In this document: positions 10,303 to 20,848 of the stretch, in pieces
Layout: each line of letters begins with the position of its first letter
Position numbering within the stretch: the first letter of the stretch is position 1
Source: an uncultured Bacteroidota bacterium
GTDB lineage: Bacteria; Bacteroidota; Ignavibacteria; Kryptoniales; JAKASW01
DNA: 64,000 nucleotides
Assembly (NCBI GenBank): GCA_963703215.1
Contig: OY969800.1
Span: 582,007 to 646,006 of the forward strand
Direction: 5' to 3'
Position numbers and translations under genes: made by a program
The notes under the pieces: generated by a model
Seen by the model: the letters and a program-made list of their open reading frames with translations, nothing else
The model's database searches: none
What the model was told of the DNA's origin: nothing

Positions 10303-11373
10303 TCAGAACATTTCCGTCTGCATCCCGACGGGCCGCCTGAACTTGTCCGTCGCAAGATCGAACTTCCCATTGCCGAGATGATATTTCTTGCACGCCATGT
10401 AGAACAATTGGTGGATCGTCTTCGCCGTCTCGCCCGTTCCTCGCATCCGCTCTCTGAAATTACTGCTGTTCATCTTCCCCTTTCGTACGTCTTTTATCCT
10501 GCTGATGATCCTGTTCTCGCGATTGGGAAATTCTCGTCGCACCCATTCAACGAACAAATCTTTTACCGCGTATGGCAATCTCACCATCTGCAGCCCGGCA
10601 AACGTCGCGCCTCTCGATGATACTTCGCGCAGGATCGACGGTATCTCCTCATCGGTTAAGCCGGGAATCACCGGCGCAACGAGCACGCCGACCGGGATCG
10701 AGTTCTTAACGAGGATTTCGATTGCTTCAAGCTTCTTCGTCGGAGAAGACGTCCTTGGCTCCATCTTCTTCGTTAAGTCTTGATTCAAACTCGTAATTGA
10801 AATTGCCACACTAACAAGATTGAGTTTCGCCAGTTCTTTGAGAATATCAAGGTCGCGGGTTATCAGGAAATTCTTCGTCACGATCCCAACAGGGTTCCTG
10901 AACTCCAGGAACACTTCGATACATCGACGCGTTATTTTCAGCTTTTGTTCCACCGGCTGATAACAGTCGGTGTTTCCCGACATCGCAACGACCTGCGGCT
11001 CCCAACTTTTTTTCATGAATGCTTCGCGAAGAAGCCCAGGTGCGTCTTCCTTCACCATGATCTTCGTCTCGAAGTCAAGCCCGGAAGAAAATCCAAGAAA
11101 CTCATGTGACGGTCGAGCATAGCAATAGATGCAGCCGTGCTCGCAGCCGCGATAAGGATTTATGCTGTAAGTGAAACCGACATCTGGACTATCGTTTCTT
11201 GCAAGCGCGGTCTTCGATGTATCAACGAAAAATTTTGTTTCAACTTTCCGTTCGGCTTGGTTTTCATCGGGGAAAAACCTGCCGTCGTCATCCGTCGGCA
11301 CAAGAACGATTTCCTCAAACCTGTTCTGCGGATTATAACCTGACGAGCGGCCGGATATCTTTTGGTTTGCCAT
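10303..11373 (-). CDS. PA0069-family radical SAM protein
   Basis: 356 aa with CEHGCIYCYA (CxxxCxxC) and an N-terminal NPQNRFE motif. Confidence 0.8.
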   Translation of the reverse strand: MANQKISGRSSGYNPQNRFEEIVLVPTDDDGRFFPDENQAERKVETKFFVDTSKTALARNDSPDVGFTYSINPYRGCEHGCIYCYARPSHEFLGFSSGLDFETKIMVKEDAPGLLREAFMKKSWEPQVVAMSGNTDCYQPVEQKLKITRRCIEVFLEFRNPVGIVTKNFLITRDLDILKELAKLNLVSVAISITSLNQDLTKKMEPRTSSPTKKLEAIEILVKNSIPVGVLVAPVIPGLTDEEIPSILREVSSRGATFAGLQMVRLPYAVKDLFVEWVRREFPNRENRIISRIKDVRKGKMNSSNFRERMRGTGETAKTIHQLFYMACKKYHLGNGKFDLATDKFRRPVGMQTEMF

Positions 11374-11511
11374 ATTGTTTCGATGCTAACCCATTGTGAA
11401 CATCAAATAGTTCCTCACACTTTGAAACGTTTGCTCAACAAAGTTAAATTAGGGAGTAGTCATTTGCCACTGTGCAATTCCATTTTACGATTGACGAGAA
11501 AGAGGAAGAAA

Positions 11512-12201
11512 ATGATAAGAAAAGTTTTTTTGCCGATTATGCTGATGGCTTTCTTAATACCGGCGGCGCACTGCCAACCAAAGATTATTGTGGTGGGAAA
11601 CAGTGTTGCCGATATGGGAACCGTTTACAACACCGGCACTCACGTTATCAACACATTTCAAATCGAAAACGCGGGTGACCAACCTTTACACATCAACCAG
11701 GTGAGAACGAGCTGCGGATGTACTGCCGCACTGCTATCAGATAGTCTTCTCAAACCGGGACAAAAGTCGGAAATAAAAGTAGACTTCAACCCTTCGGGAT
11801 ACAGCGGTGACATCACAAAGTACATCTACATAATGAGCACCGATCCATCAAATCAGATGACCACTCTTCAGCTCAAGATGAAAATCTCTTATGCACTTCA
11901 ATCGGATCCGAGCTTTATCCTCTTCTCAAATCCGAAGGCGGGAATTCCTGACACCTCAGCGGTGACTTTGACCAATAATTCAAGTGACACCATCGAAATT
12001 ACAGGAGTGGAGGCAAACGCCAAGGAAATATCTTCGCAAGTCGATGATGCGAGTTTGAAACCCGGCCAGAGCACGCGTCTTCATATGTATTTGATCGGCG
12101 AGAAAGCGGGACCTCTCTCCGGTGAAGTCATTGTCCACACTTCAAGCAAGCTCCAGCCAAAGCTTGCGATAAGATACTACGGAGGCGTTAATCCAAAATA
12201 G
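11512..12201 (+). CDS. DUF1573-domain secreted protein
   Basis: IENAGDQPLHINQVRTSCGCTAA motif. ATG 11512 is preceded by AGAGGAAG and followed by a signal peptide (MIRKVFLPIMLMAFLIPAAHC). The ORF-track start at 11362 is unlikely. Confidence 0.75.
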   Translation: MIRKVFLPIMLMAFLIPAAHCQPKIIVVGNSVADMGTVYNTGTHVINTFQIENAGDQPLHINQVRTSCGCTAALLSDSLLKPGQKSEIKVDFNPSGYSGDITKYIYIMSTDPSNQMTTLQLKMKISYALQSDPSFILFSNPKAGIPDTSAVTLTNNSSDTIEITGVEANAKEISSQVDDASLKPGQSTRLHMYLIGEKAGPLSGEVIVHTSSKLQPKLAIRYYGGVNPK

Positions 12202-12236
12202 AAGGAATGAAAATCGACATCATGCAAAAAGACGTT

Positions 12237-13646
12237 TCATTGTGTCAGATATTGCTGCCAGTTGTCGTCGTGGATTTCTTTGTGTTCGGTGGAGTTGACC
12301 AGAGAATAGTCGCCAAACCCTGTCCGATCCACGAAGTCGAAACTCACCCCACCTTCTAATGAATTGTAGGTCCAGATCTCATAAGGTTTAGAATCGGTTT
12401 CGTTTGGATGCCGGTCGATCTCGTCGGGATTGCCGTACAGCACGTAAACTCTCCCACGATCTGTCTTCCAGCCGTCTCTCATCCCCGCTCTAAAATGGTC
12501 GTTCGCGTACGCGATGCGTTCCAAGTATTGGGACCTCGCGTCGCCGCTTTTTGAAACCTCATCGGATTTTCTCTTATTCCAAAAATCGTAAAGAAATTGG
12601 CGCTTCGAATCGACGGTAGTGAGTTTTTCGTAACGGTTGCGCTCCTCAGTGCTCGAGATATAACGTGCCTCCGCAAATTCCTTATCAAGTTGATCTTTCC
12701 CCATCGTTGTGTAAACAGAAGAGAGAATTGCGCTTCCCGTAATGGTGGTGTCAGGCGATTCGGGTTTTCCGAGATTCGGATTATAGATAAAAAATTTCCT
12801 CGAAGATACCGCATATAGATTCACAGCAGAATCGACTACAGTGTAAGTGAAAGTATAAGCCCCGGTCTTGAGATTCGATCCGTTAATCGTTCCAACCTCC
12901 ACACTTGAGTTGCCAAATTTCTCCCTCGCCCTGTAAGAACTCTTGCGCACCTGTCCGTAGCTGTCGCGGATTTCATAACCCGCGGTAAACGAGCTGTCTC
13001 CAGCTCCCGGAGGAATGTTATACACCTCCAAGTAATAATAAATAATTGGCATACCGAGTCCGTATATTGCCGTTGGGTTGGGAATCACGTCGTAGGTGTT
13101 CTTGTAAAAGATGCCGCTTCCATTTCCTTTCGTAATCGTTGAGCATAATTCGATCCCACTCATCTCCAGTTTATCGCTATTATAAGAGGGAATCGGAATA
13201 GCTGAGATGAGACTATCGGCGTTAAGGGAGTTATTCATGTCAACGCATCTAACGACCAGACTATAATTTCCCGGAAACAATAGAAAATCTATTTTACCTA
13301 CGAGATTCTTACGGATATATTCCTGAGTCGTATCCGTGATCGCCACCGGAGTTTTCCATGCCTGCCGCGCTGCGATCGAATCAACCTTCCTGATCGAGAC
13401 ATCAAACAACAGTGAGTCAGTAAAACTTAATGCCCGCGCAGTATCATGATTGACAGTTCTCGTGAAATGCAGAGTGCTCGTGTTGAAACTGTAATAAAAC
13501 TCAGCGTAGGTTCTTGCAGAATCATATCGAAACGTAGCGTAGTCAAAGTTTACGTTTAATCCCTGCGCCAGAACCGGATGTGAAATTACGATCAAAGAAA
13601 ATATGCAGTAGAGCGATGTTCTTAGCTCAATAAAAAATGATCTCAT
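12237..13646 (-). CDS. GWxTD-domain protein
   Basis: 469 aa with a signal peptide and the C-terminal motif GWKTDRGRVYVLYGNPDEIDRH. Confidence 0.75.
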   Translation of the reverse strand: MRSFFIELRTSLYCIFSLIVISHPVLAQGLNVNFDYATFRYDSARTYAEFYYSFNTSTLHFTRTVNHDTARALSFTDSLLFDVSIRKVDSIAARQAWKTPVAITDTTQEYIRKNLVGKIDFLLFPGNYSLVVRCVDMNNSLNADSLISAIPIPSYNSDKLEMSGIELCSTITKGNGSGIFYKNTYDVIPNPTAIYGLGMPIIYYYLEVYNIPPGAGDSSFTAGYEIRDSYGQVRKSSYRAREKFGNSSVEVGTINGSNLKTGAYTFTYTVVDSAVNLYAVSSRKFFIYNPNLGKPESPDTTITGSAILSSVYTTMGKDQLDKEFAEARYISSTEERNRYEKLTTVDSKRQFLYDFWNKRKSDEVSKSGDARSQYLERIAYANDHFRAGMRDGWKTDRGRVYVLYGNPDEIDRHPNETDSKPYEIWTYNSLEGGVSFDFVDRTGFGDYSLVNSTEHKEIHDDNWQQYLTQ

Positions 13647-13709
13647 AACTTGATATCAGAATATAGTTTTTCTAATTCCCTGAGTAAATACTAAGAACTC
13701 TTACCAGAA

Positions 13710-14852
13710 TTATGCTAGTCCATTCCTCTTGATGACATCTTTCGCAATCACCATTCGTTGAATCTCATTCGTACCTTCGAAGATGCGGTTGATCCGCGAG
13801 TCTCGATAGAATCTCTCGATCGGCATCTCGCGTGAGTATCCCATTCCACCGTGGATTTGGACAGCACAATCGACGATAAAATCGAGCCCCTCGGAGCAGA
13901 ACAGCTTCACCATTGCGGACTGACGCGAAATTGATTTTCCTTCCTCGTAAGCGGCGGCAGTGCGATAGATGATCGACTCCATGCAATAAATCCGTGTTGA
14001 CATGTCTGCGAGCATCCACTGAATCGCTTCAAAATTCGCAATGGCCGAATCGAATTGCTTTCTCTCTTTGGCATATTTCGTAGAAAGCACAAGCATCTCC
14101 TTTGCCGCTCCGAGACATGCCGCACCGAGACCGAGCCTCCCCGCGTCGAGAGTCTTCATCGCGACCAAAAATCCTCGCCCGTCCTGGCCGATGATATTCT
14201 CTGAAGGCACGCGCACGTTTTCCAAAGTTATCGGAGCCGTGACGCTTCCGCGAATGCCCATTTTCTTTTCAGGCGGACCAGCATGGAATCCCGGCCATTT
14301 GGTCTCGACGACGAATCCGGTTATGCCCCGTTCGGTTCGAGCAAAAAGTGAAACAACATCCGCAATTGATCCGTTGGTTATCCACATTTTTTCGCCATTC
14401 AATATCCATTCTTTTCCGTCGAACACAGCTTTGGTCTTAAGGTTGAAAGAGTCCGAACCCGCGAGAACTTCCGTCAACGCAAACGCCCCGATCATTTTTC
14501 CCTCGGCGAGCTGCGTAAGATATTTCTTTTTCAATTCTTCGCTGCCGCCGATGTAGATCGCATTTGCACCGATCGACTGATGTGCACCAACAAACGTCGC
14601 CGTCGAGAGACAGGCTCGCCCAATTTCTTCCTGCATCAGGCAATAGCCGACCTCTCCAAAACCGCTTCCTCCGTATTCAGGCGGAAATGCGACCCCGAGG
14701 AAGCCAAGTTCACGCAGCTTGTTGATTACATCGTCTGGAATTTTCTCTTGGGAGTCTATCTCTCGCGCGCGCGGCATTAGCTCCGAGTCCACGAACTCGC
14801 GCACGGTTTCCCTTAACATTTTCTGCTCTTCTGTAAACTCAAAATCAGGCAT
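13710..14852 (-). CDS. acyl-CoA dehydrogenase
   Basis: 380 aa, typical ACAD length, with motifs LTEVLAGSD, KMWITNG and QIHGGMGY. Confidence 0.9.
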   Translation of the reverse strand: MPDFEFTEEQKMLRETVREFVDSELMPRAREIDSQEKIPDDVINKLRELGFLGVAFPPEYGGSGFGEVGYCLMQEEIGRACLSTATFVGAHQSIGANAIYIGGSEELKKKYLTQLAEGKMIGAFALTEVLAGSDSFNLKTKAVFDGKEWILNGEKMWITNGSIADVVSLFARTERGITGFVVETKWPGFHAGPPEKKMGIRGSVTAPITLENVRVPSENIIGQDGRGFLVAMKTLDAGRLGLGAACLGAAKEMLVLSTKYAKERKQFDSAIANFEAIQWMLADMSTRIYCMESIIYRTAAAYEEGKSISRQSAMVKLFCSEGLDFIVDCAVQIHGGMGYSREMPIERFYRDSRINRIFEGTNEIQRMVIAKDVIKRNGLA

Positions 14853-14914
14853 ACGGCTTCCTCAATAAAATAATTTAATCCACGATGAATGAGATCTAAA
14901 TCTCTGGAGAAAAA

Positions 14915-15751
14915 TTAAGAACCGGGTTTCTGACCCACGTAGCTTACGATGTCTTCGCCGCCATCGACGCCAATGACATTTCCAGAAATCCAAAATGCGT
15001 TGTCATCGGAAAGCAAAGCTATCGCTTTTGCCACATCTTCGGGCGTTGTCAATCTGCCTCCTGGATTTTTTGCCCGCGCAACATGAAGCATCTCTACATT
15101 GCCCGGTATCTTCCTAAGTGCAGGCGTGTCCGTGACACCAGCCATGATCGCATTTGCCGTGATGCCAAACGGACCAAGTTCAACCGATAGCTGGCGAATA
15201 TGAGACTCGAGGCAAGCCTTGGCGGCTGAGACCGCTCCATAATATGGAATTGCAGTATGACCTCCTGAACTTGTCATCGCAAATATCTTACTCCCCCTCT
15301 TCATCAAATTCCTGAGCATCAATCCCTGGCTCCAATAAACAAGAGAATGTGCCATGACATCGAGCGTCATCTCCATTTGCGCCTTGCTGATAATTTCTTC
15401 CGTTTTCTTTCCGATGAATTGTTTCAACGTGCCAAATGCGAGAGAGTGAAGCAGGACTTTAACGCTTGAGTTAGGCTCTTTTGAAAATTGCTCGCCAATC
15501 TCGTCCAGGACCTCATCCTGTTTGATCGGATCGGCAGCATTGATGTTGAAAAAAATGGCCTGGGCGCCGTGATGTTTTATGTCTTTGGTAATCTGCTGTA
15601 CGACGGGCATAGTCCCCGCGCGATCCAAATGAACGCCGAAAATATTCATGCCGTGTTTGGCAAGCTCAACTGCGGTCGCGCCGCCGAAACCACTTGACGC
15701 GCCGAGAATAATCGCCCAATCGGATGATTTGAATCGCAAATCCTGTTTCAT
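14915..15751 (-). CDS. SDR-family oxidoreductase (enoyl-reductase-like)
   Basis: 278 aa with a Rossmann motif (ILGASSGFG) and YGAVSAAK (YxxxK). Confidence 0.7.
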   Translation of the reverse strand: MKQDLRFKSSDWAIILGASSGFGGATAVELAKHGMNIFGVHLDRAGTMPVVQQITKDIKHHGAQAIFFNINAADPIKQDEVLDEIGEQFSKEPNSSVKVLLHSLAFGTLKQFIGKKTEEIISKAQMEMTLDVMAHSLVYWSQGLMLRNLMKRGSKIFAMTSSGGHTAIPYYGAVSAAKACLESHIRQLSVELGPFGITANAIMAGVTDTPALRKIPGNVEMLHVARAKNPGGRLTTPEDVAKAIALLSDDNAFWISGNVIGVDGGEDIVSYVGQKPGS

Positions 15752-16024
15752 CTATATCTTTCTCTGCTTGTTAGTCCCTCAATAAGCTTGACTTGGAAAA
15801 AAATTTCCAGATTCCGCCTTTTCATTTCAGCATGTAAGATAGAAGATAACTTTGGAAAGTCAAAGCCGTGGCAATCGAAACAGATCGACAAAATGCCGTC
15901 CGAATAACTACGCGAAAACATCTCGGCCGCTAATACCCACTTAGTCTCATTATCAAAAAACGACTTCTAACGTTTCCACACAATTGGCCGGATAAGATAT
16001 CCATTTCCCCGTAGCCACTCCAGA

Positions 16025-16273
16025 TTATCTGGTTGCAAGGCTCCTGGAAAAAATATCTTTTAATTCGTCGGTCATCGGGACATAACCGGCGAGAACCACT
16101 TTCCCATTTATTACCAGCCCCGGTGTCTTATTTATTCCGTAATGGGCAATCTCTTCGATGTCTTGCACTTCACGGATTTCCAGCGGCATTTCTAGTTCTT
16201 CTGCTGCTTGCTTTGCACGGAGTTCGAGTGTCTTGCAGTTCGAACATCCCGCTCCAAGAACTTTGATAAGCAC
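16025..16273 (-). CDS. small thioredoxin-fold protein (TM0996/MTH895-like)
   Basis: 82 aa with VLGAGCSNCK (CxxC) and a C-terminal TPGLVINGKVV. Confidence 0.7.
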   Translation of the reverse strand: MLIKVLGAGCSNCKTLELRAKQAAEELEMPLEIREVQDIEEIAHYGINKTPGLVINGKVVLAGYVPMTDELKDIFSRSLATR

Positions 16274-16727
16274 TCTTCAGTCCCTGCTTTCATTTCTGAA
16301 ATAACATTGCAACATTCAATCGAGAAAAAAATTCCCGATTCGTGTGAAACTCCAAAAGCCATCTCATCATTTTTCTTGCACACCGATTCGCTACCGGAAT
16401 ATGAAATCTAACCATATGCGAGTCTACAAAATCTCCCTGGAAGCTCAACCGTTCACAACTTATGTCGGTAAAATTTAACTGCAATCCCCCAAGAATTCAA
16501 TCCTTTTATCAAGGTTCAGGAAGAGCGGGATGAAGCGTGTTGACAACACGTAAATTGATTTTGAGGCAGGGCACGGTTATATTTTTTCTTCAAAGCGGCA
16601 CGCCGCAATCAAATGAGTTTACAAACCGCGAATTAATTTCTTTGATAGAATTAGATTGTTTCCCAAAGGGATTCTTGCGGCGAAAATTTGCGTGTCATCA
16701 AACAAAATCTACTTTTAAGAGACTAAT

Positions 16728-18842
16728 ATGCCAATAATGACAAGAATGCGGGACAACATGCCCGCCATACTGATTGGACTCGCCGTACTTTTCATCGCCA
16801 TGATAGTTTTTGAGTGGGGCATGGGAATAACAAATCGCGGGAGCGGACAATATGCCAGCTCTGCCGTCGGCAGGGTGAATGGGGAAGAAATCACATACCA
16901 GCAGTTTGAAAATATTCTCCAGAACATGGTGGATCAATATAAGGCAAACTCGAAACAAGATCCCGACGACCAAACCATGGATCAGCTCCGTGATCAGGTT
17001 TGGCAGAGTCTTGTGAACCAGATGCTCATAGAGCAAGCCGCAACTAAATTAGGCATATTTGTTACGGATCAAGAGATTGTCGATTGGGTAACAAACAACC
17101 CCGAATCACTGCCGGACTTAATAAGAAAGAACTTCGAAGATTCGACAGGACAGGTCAACCGCCAGATCCTCGAGGCCGCTCTCTCTTCTGACCGGCCTGA
17201 GGTCCAGCAGTTTTGGAAAAGTGTTCAGGATTACCTTAAGCAGCAGCGGCTGCAGGACAAAATAACCAGTCGCCTTTTCAGTGCGATTAGAATTCCGGAA
17301 AGCGCAATGAGACTGCAGTTTGCCCAAACAAACGAGAAGCTGGATGTCGGTTACGTTCTATTTCCCCCGTCGGTGCTCTGTCCCGATTCAAGCATCAAGG
17401 TGACCGACTCCGAGATAAAGGATTACTATTCCTCGCACCAGGACGATTACAGGACTCAAGAGACTAGAAGACTTAAATCGGTCATATTCCCGATCGCCCC
17501 TTCGGCAGCAGACAGCGCCGATGTCAAAACCGAGATGGGTCGTGTAGCTTCACTCGCAAAGACAGGCACGGACTTCGTCGAACTCGTGAAAGAGTATTCG
17601 GAGACTCCGTACGATGACAAGTTTGTTAGTCATGGTCAACTGGACCCGCAAGTTGAGGAGGCAGCCTTTGCAGCGAAAAAGGGAGATATAATAGGACCGA
17701 TTGCGACTTCCGAAGGATATAACTTAATAAAAATCATCGACGAACAAAATGGCAAGAACCAGTATATTCACGCCGCTCACATTCTTCTTCACATCGTACC
17801 GGGCCCCGATTCCACTGCCGCGTACAAACTGGCACAAAATATCCTGAAAGACACGAGATCCGGCGGCGACTTCTCCTCGCTCGCAGTTCAATACTCTCAG
17901 GATCCCGGTTCCGCATCGCGCGGAGGCGACCTGGGCTGGTTCGGCAAAGGAATGATGGTCAAGCCCTTCGAGGATGCATGCTACAAAGCCGGCGTCGGTC
18001 AGGTCGTCGGTCCGATAAGAACGCAATTTGGACTACACATAATAAAAGTTCTTAGCAAAGACTCGCGAGAACTCAAGATCGCAGATGTCAAGATGAGCGT
18101 GAAGGCTTCGCAGCAGACGAAAGACGATTTGAAACAACATGCCGAGGATTTTGCTTATATTGCAAAACAGGATGGCTTCGACAAGGCCGCTGCAACGATG
18201 AACATGAATGTCAGGCAGACTCCGCCGTTCACGAAAGGTCAATTCATTCCTACTGTCGGCAGCAACGAAGATCTGATGAAGTGGACATTTGATGGTTCAC
18301 TTGGAAAACTCAGCGACATAATCATGCTCAATCAGGGGTACGGAGTTTTCATGATCAGCGAAATAAAAGATGCCGGGGTAACACCGCTCGAACAAGTCAC
18401 CGCCCAAATCAAATCGTCGGTATTGAAACAAAAACAATTCGACAAGGCGGAATCCTATGCGAACCAATTGGTCAAAAAGATTTCAGCAAATGACAGTCTA
18501 AGCCGCCTTCAGCAGTTTGACTCGCATCTGCGATACGGAACAACCGGCTCGTTCACTTCGTCAGGATATGTGCCTAACGTTGGGAGAGATTTCAATTTCG
18601 TTGCCGTCGCCGCAAACTTGCGCCTCGGCCAGATTTCCCGTCCGTTCGAGGGAACGAACGGTGTGTACATATTACAGCTTCTGAACTCGACTGGCTTCGA
18701 TTCAACCGCGTACAAAATTCAGAGAATCTCCATAATGCAGAACATGATGCAACAAGAGAAGCAAAGAATAATGAGCGATTGGCTCCAGCAGCTCAAAGAC
18801 AACGCATCCATCGAAGACAACCGGGAAAAAATATTTAGATAA
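16728..18842 (+). CDS. ppiD: periplasmic chaperone / peptidyl-prolyl isomerase, PpiD-like
   Basis: 704 aa with an N-terminal TM anchor, a SurA-N-like region and a parvulin domain (GDLGWFGKGMMVKPFE, FGLHIIKV). Confidence 0.8.
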   Translation: MPIMTRMRDNMPAILIGLAVLFIAMIVFEWGMGITNRGSGQYASSAVGRVNGEEITYQQFENILQNMVDQYKANSKQDPDDQTMDQLRDQVWQSLVNQMLIEQAATKLGIFVTDQEIVDWVTNNPESLPDLIRKNFEDSTGQVNRQILEAALSSDRPEVQQFWKSVQDYLKQQRLQDKITSRLFSAIRIPESAMRLQFAQTNEKLDVGYVLFPPSVLCPDSSIKVTDSEIKDYYSSHQDDYRTQETRRLKSVIFPIAPSAADSADVKTEMGRVASLAKTGTDFVELVKEYSETPYDDKFVSHGQLDPQVEEAAFAAKKGDIIGPIATSEGYNLIKIIDEQNGKNQYIHAAHILLHIVPGPDSTAAYKLAQNILKDTRSGGDFSSLAVQYSQDPGSASRGGDLGWFGKGMMVKPFEDACYKAGVGQVVGPIRTQFGLHIIKVLSKDSRELKIADVKMSVKASQQTKDDLKQHAEDFAYIAKQDGFDKAAATMNMNVRQTPPFTKGQFIPTVGSNEDLMKWTFDGSLGKLSDIIMLNQGYGVFMISEIKDAGVTPLEQVTAQIKSSVLKQKQFDKAESYANQLVKKISANDSLSRLQQFDSHLRYGTTGSFTSSGYVPNVGRDFNFVAVAANLRLGQISRPFEGTNGVYILQLLNSTGFDSTAYKIQRISIMQNMMQQEKQRIMSDWLQQLKDNASIEDNREKIFR

Positions 18843-18850
18843 GGCAGGCT

Positions 18851-19575
18851 TTGCCATTGCTTCTATCGATAGTTAGTTCTGATTTTTTTCTATCACAGAA
18901 GCATGCGCTCAAGTAGAGCCACTATTACCAGCGATTAATATCCAGGTCGAAGGCTTCGCTGACTACACAACTTCCGCTCGAATTTATCCCGCCTCGCGCG
19001 ACGCCGATCCATCTATAAGCGGCTTTTACAATTCTTTCAGTGATTTCCTTTCCACCGGTGGGGACTTGAGAATAATCCTGAACCACTCAAGTGTCATCGG
19101 ACTGACGATACAGTACTTAACCGCAAGACAAACGATTTATAGCATCTATGGATATGACCAGACTGGTCAATATGTCGGTGTACCAGTGAATGATGGCTTC
19201 TCACTCTTGCTCGTCGAGTTGAATGGCTATTTCAATATCCCAATATTGGATGGAGGATGGAATATTTATTTAGGAGGAGGACCGGCTCATTATTTTGGGA
19301 GGCGAAATCTGCAAATCGGAAATTCTGAGGCCAATACACCTTTGGTTACTGCAGGCGGAATTCAAGTCAGTGCCGGAGTACCATTCAAGTTCACCGACTA
19401 TGTTGGACTTCGTTCGGAAATGAAATCCAGATCGCCGGAGTTCAACACGACTTCCTCATTTAGTTCACCCACAACGACCTACAATGGCACGGAAGTCTCT
19501 TTACCGAAAACACAATATGGTAAGGTGGATTTGGACGGGGATGATTTTACTTTGGGATTATGCTGGGAATTGTGA
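18851..19575 (+). pseudogene. hypothetical secreted beta-barrel-like protein with a 5' end split by a frame break at a T7 run
   Basis: The frame of the 169-aa ORF is open back to 18883 with no ATG/GTG. A TTG-initiated signal-like peptide (LPLLLSIVSSDFF) lies in another frame and joins if T7 (18883-18889) were T8, giving ...EACA|QVEPLL. Confidence 0.4.
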
Positions 19576-19579
19576 ACCC

Positions 19580-20848
19580 TTACCGCATAATTGTCTGATC
19601 GCGCATCGCGCCGACCGAAATCATGCTCAATTTTGTACTGAGATAATTTTCGATAAAGTCGATGTAAGACCTACAATTTTTCGGCAAGTCAGAAAGTTTC
19701 TTAGCACTTGAAATCTTCGTCTTCCATCCCGGCAGCGTTTCATATACGGGTTGGATATCTTCTATCGTGCATAGATCAAGCGGGAATGTTTTCAGAGCTT
19801 TACCTTCAAAATTATAGCCGACACAAACCTTTATCTCATCGAATTCGTCAAGCACGTCTAACTTTGTCAGTGCAATTTCTCCGATCCCATTGATCATGAC
19901 GGAGTATTTCAAGCTGAACAGATCCAGCCAGCCGCAACGGCGCGGTCTCCCCGTCGTTGCACCGTATTCTCCTCCGATCTTCCTGAGACTCTCGCCAACT
20001 CCATTTTCTTGTTCTGTCGGGAAGGGGCCCATTCCTACTCTTGTCGTGTAAGCTTTTGCGATGCCAACAATCGATTCCACCGCCGTTGGAGGTATCCCAA
20101 GTCCCGTGCAAGCGCCGCCGCTCGTCGGATTTGAGGAAGTGACATATGGATAAGTTCCGAAGTCCACATCGAGCATTGCGCCCTGAGCACCTTCGGCAAG
20201 AACTCTTTTACCAGCTTTCAATTCCTGGTTTAGATAAAGCGATGTATCTTTTATGAACTCGTCTAACTGCTCGTCATAGTGAAGGTAAATGTCGACTATT
20301 TCCTCGACATCCATCTCGGACGAATGATAAATCTTGCTCAAGAGCTGGTTCTTGTCTTCAATATTCGCTCTGATCTTTTTCACGAGCACATCACGGTGGA
20401 GCAGATCGACAATCTTGACCCCGACGCGGGCGAACTTGTCGATGTAGGCCGGCCCAATTCCACGGCCAGTCGTTCCAATCTTTGAGGAACCTTGTTCCTT
20501 CAAAGAGTCTATCAGCTTGTGGTAGGGCATGATCAAATGAGCGTTGTGAGAGATGAAAAGCCTGCCTCGAACATTTATGTTATGCGATCCGAGAAATGCC
20601 ACTTCATCCAGGAATGCTTGCGGATCAAGCACAACGCCGTTCCCGATTACGCAAATAACTTCTGGATGCAGGATTCCCGACGGAATCAAATGGAGGATAT
20701 ACGTTTTCCCCCCAACGACAACGGTGTGCCCGGCGTTGGCGCCACCCTGATATCGTGCCACTATATCCACGTTCTCGCTTAAGAGGTCGACGATTTTTCC
20801 CTTGCCTTCATCGCCCCATTGAGCACCGACAATAATTTTTACCGGGAT
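19580..20848 (-). CDS. purA: adenylosuccinate synthase
   Basis: GGANAGHT and the rest of PurA sit in the ORF. The P-loop GAQWGDEGKGK is in frame upstream of the ORF-track GTG (20770). There is no canonical start upstream, so the start is set provisionally at ATC 20848 (giving MPVKIIVGAQWGDEGKGK). Confidence 0.85.
   Translation of the reverse strand: MPVKIIVGAQWGDEGKGKIVDLLSENVDIVARYQGGANAGHTVVVGGKTYILHLIPSGILHPEVICVIGNGVVLDPQAFLDEVAFLGSHNINVRGRLFISHNAHLIMPYHKLIDSLKEQGSSKIGTTGRGIGPAYIDKFARVGVKIVDLLHRDVLVKKIRANIEDKNQLLSKIYHSSEMDVEEIVDIYLHYDEQLDEFIKDTSLYLNQELKAGKRVLAEGAQGAMLDVDFGTYPYVTSSNPTSGGACTGLGIPPTAVESIVGIAKAYTTRVGMGPFPTEQENGVGESLRKIGGEYGATTGRPRRCGWLDLFSLKYSVMINGIGEIALTKLDVLDEFDEIKVCVGYNFEGKALKTFPLDLCTIEDIQPVYETLPGWKTKISSAKKLSDLPKNCRSYIDFIENYLSTKLSMISVGAMRDQTIMR

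Noticed and set aside
16290-16737. Short ORFs (62-66 aa) on both strands in the 454-nt spacer upstream of ppiD.
   Set aside because: They have no ribosome-binding sites and no recognisable motifs, and they overlap one another. The spacer is treated as non-coding.
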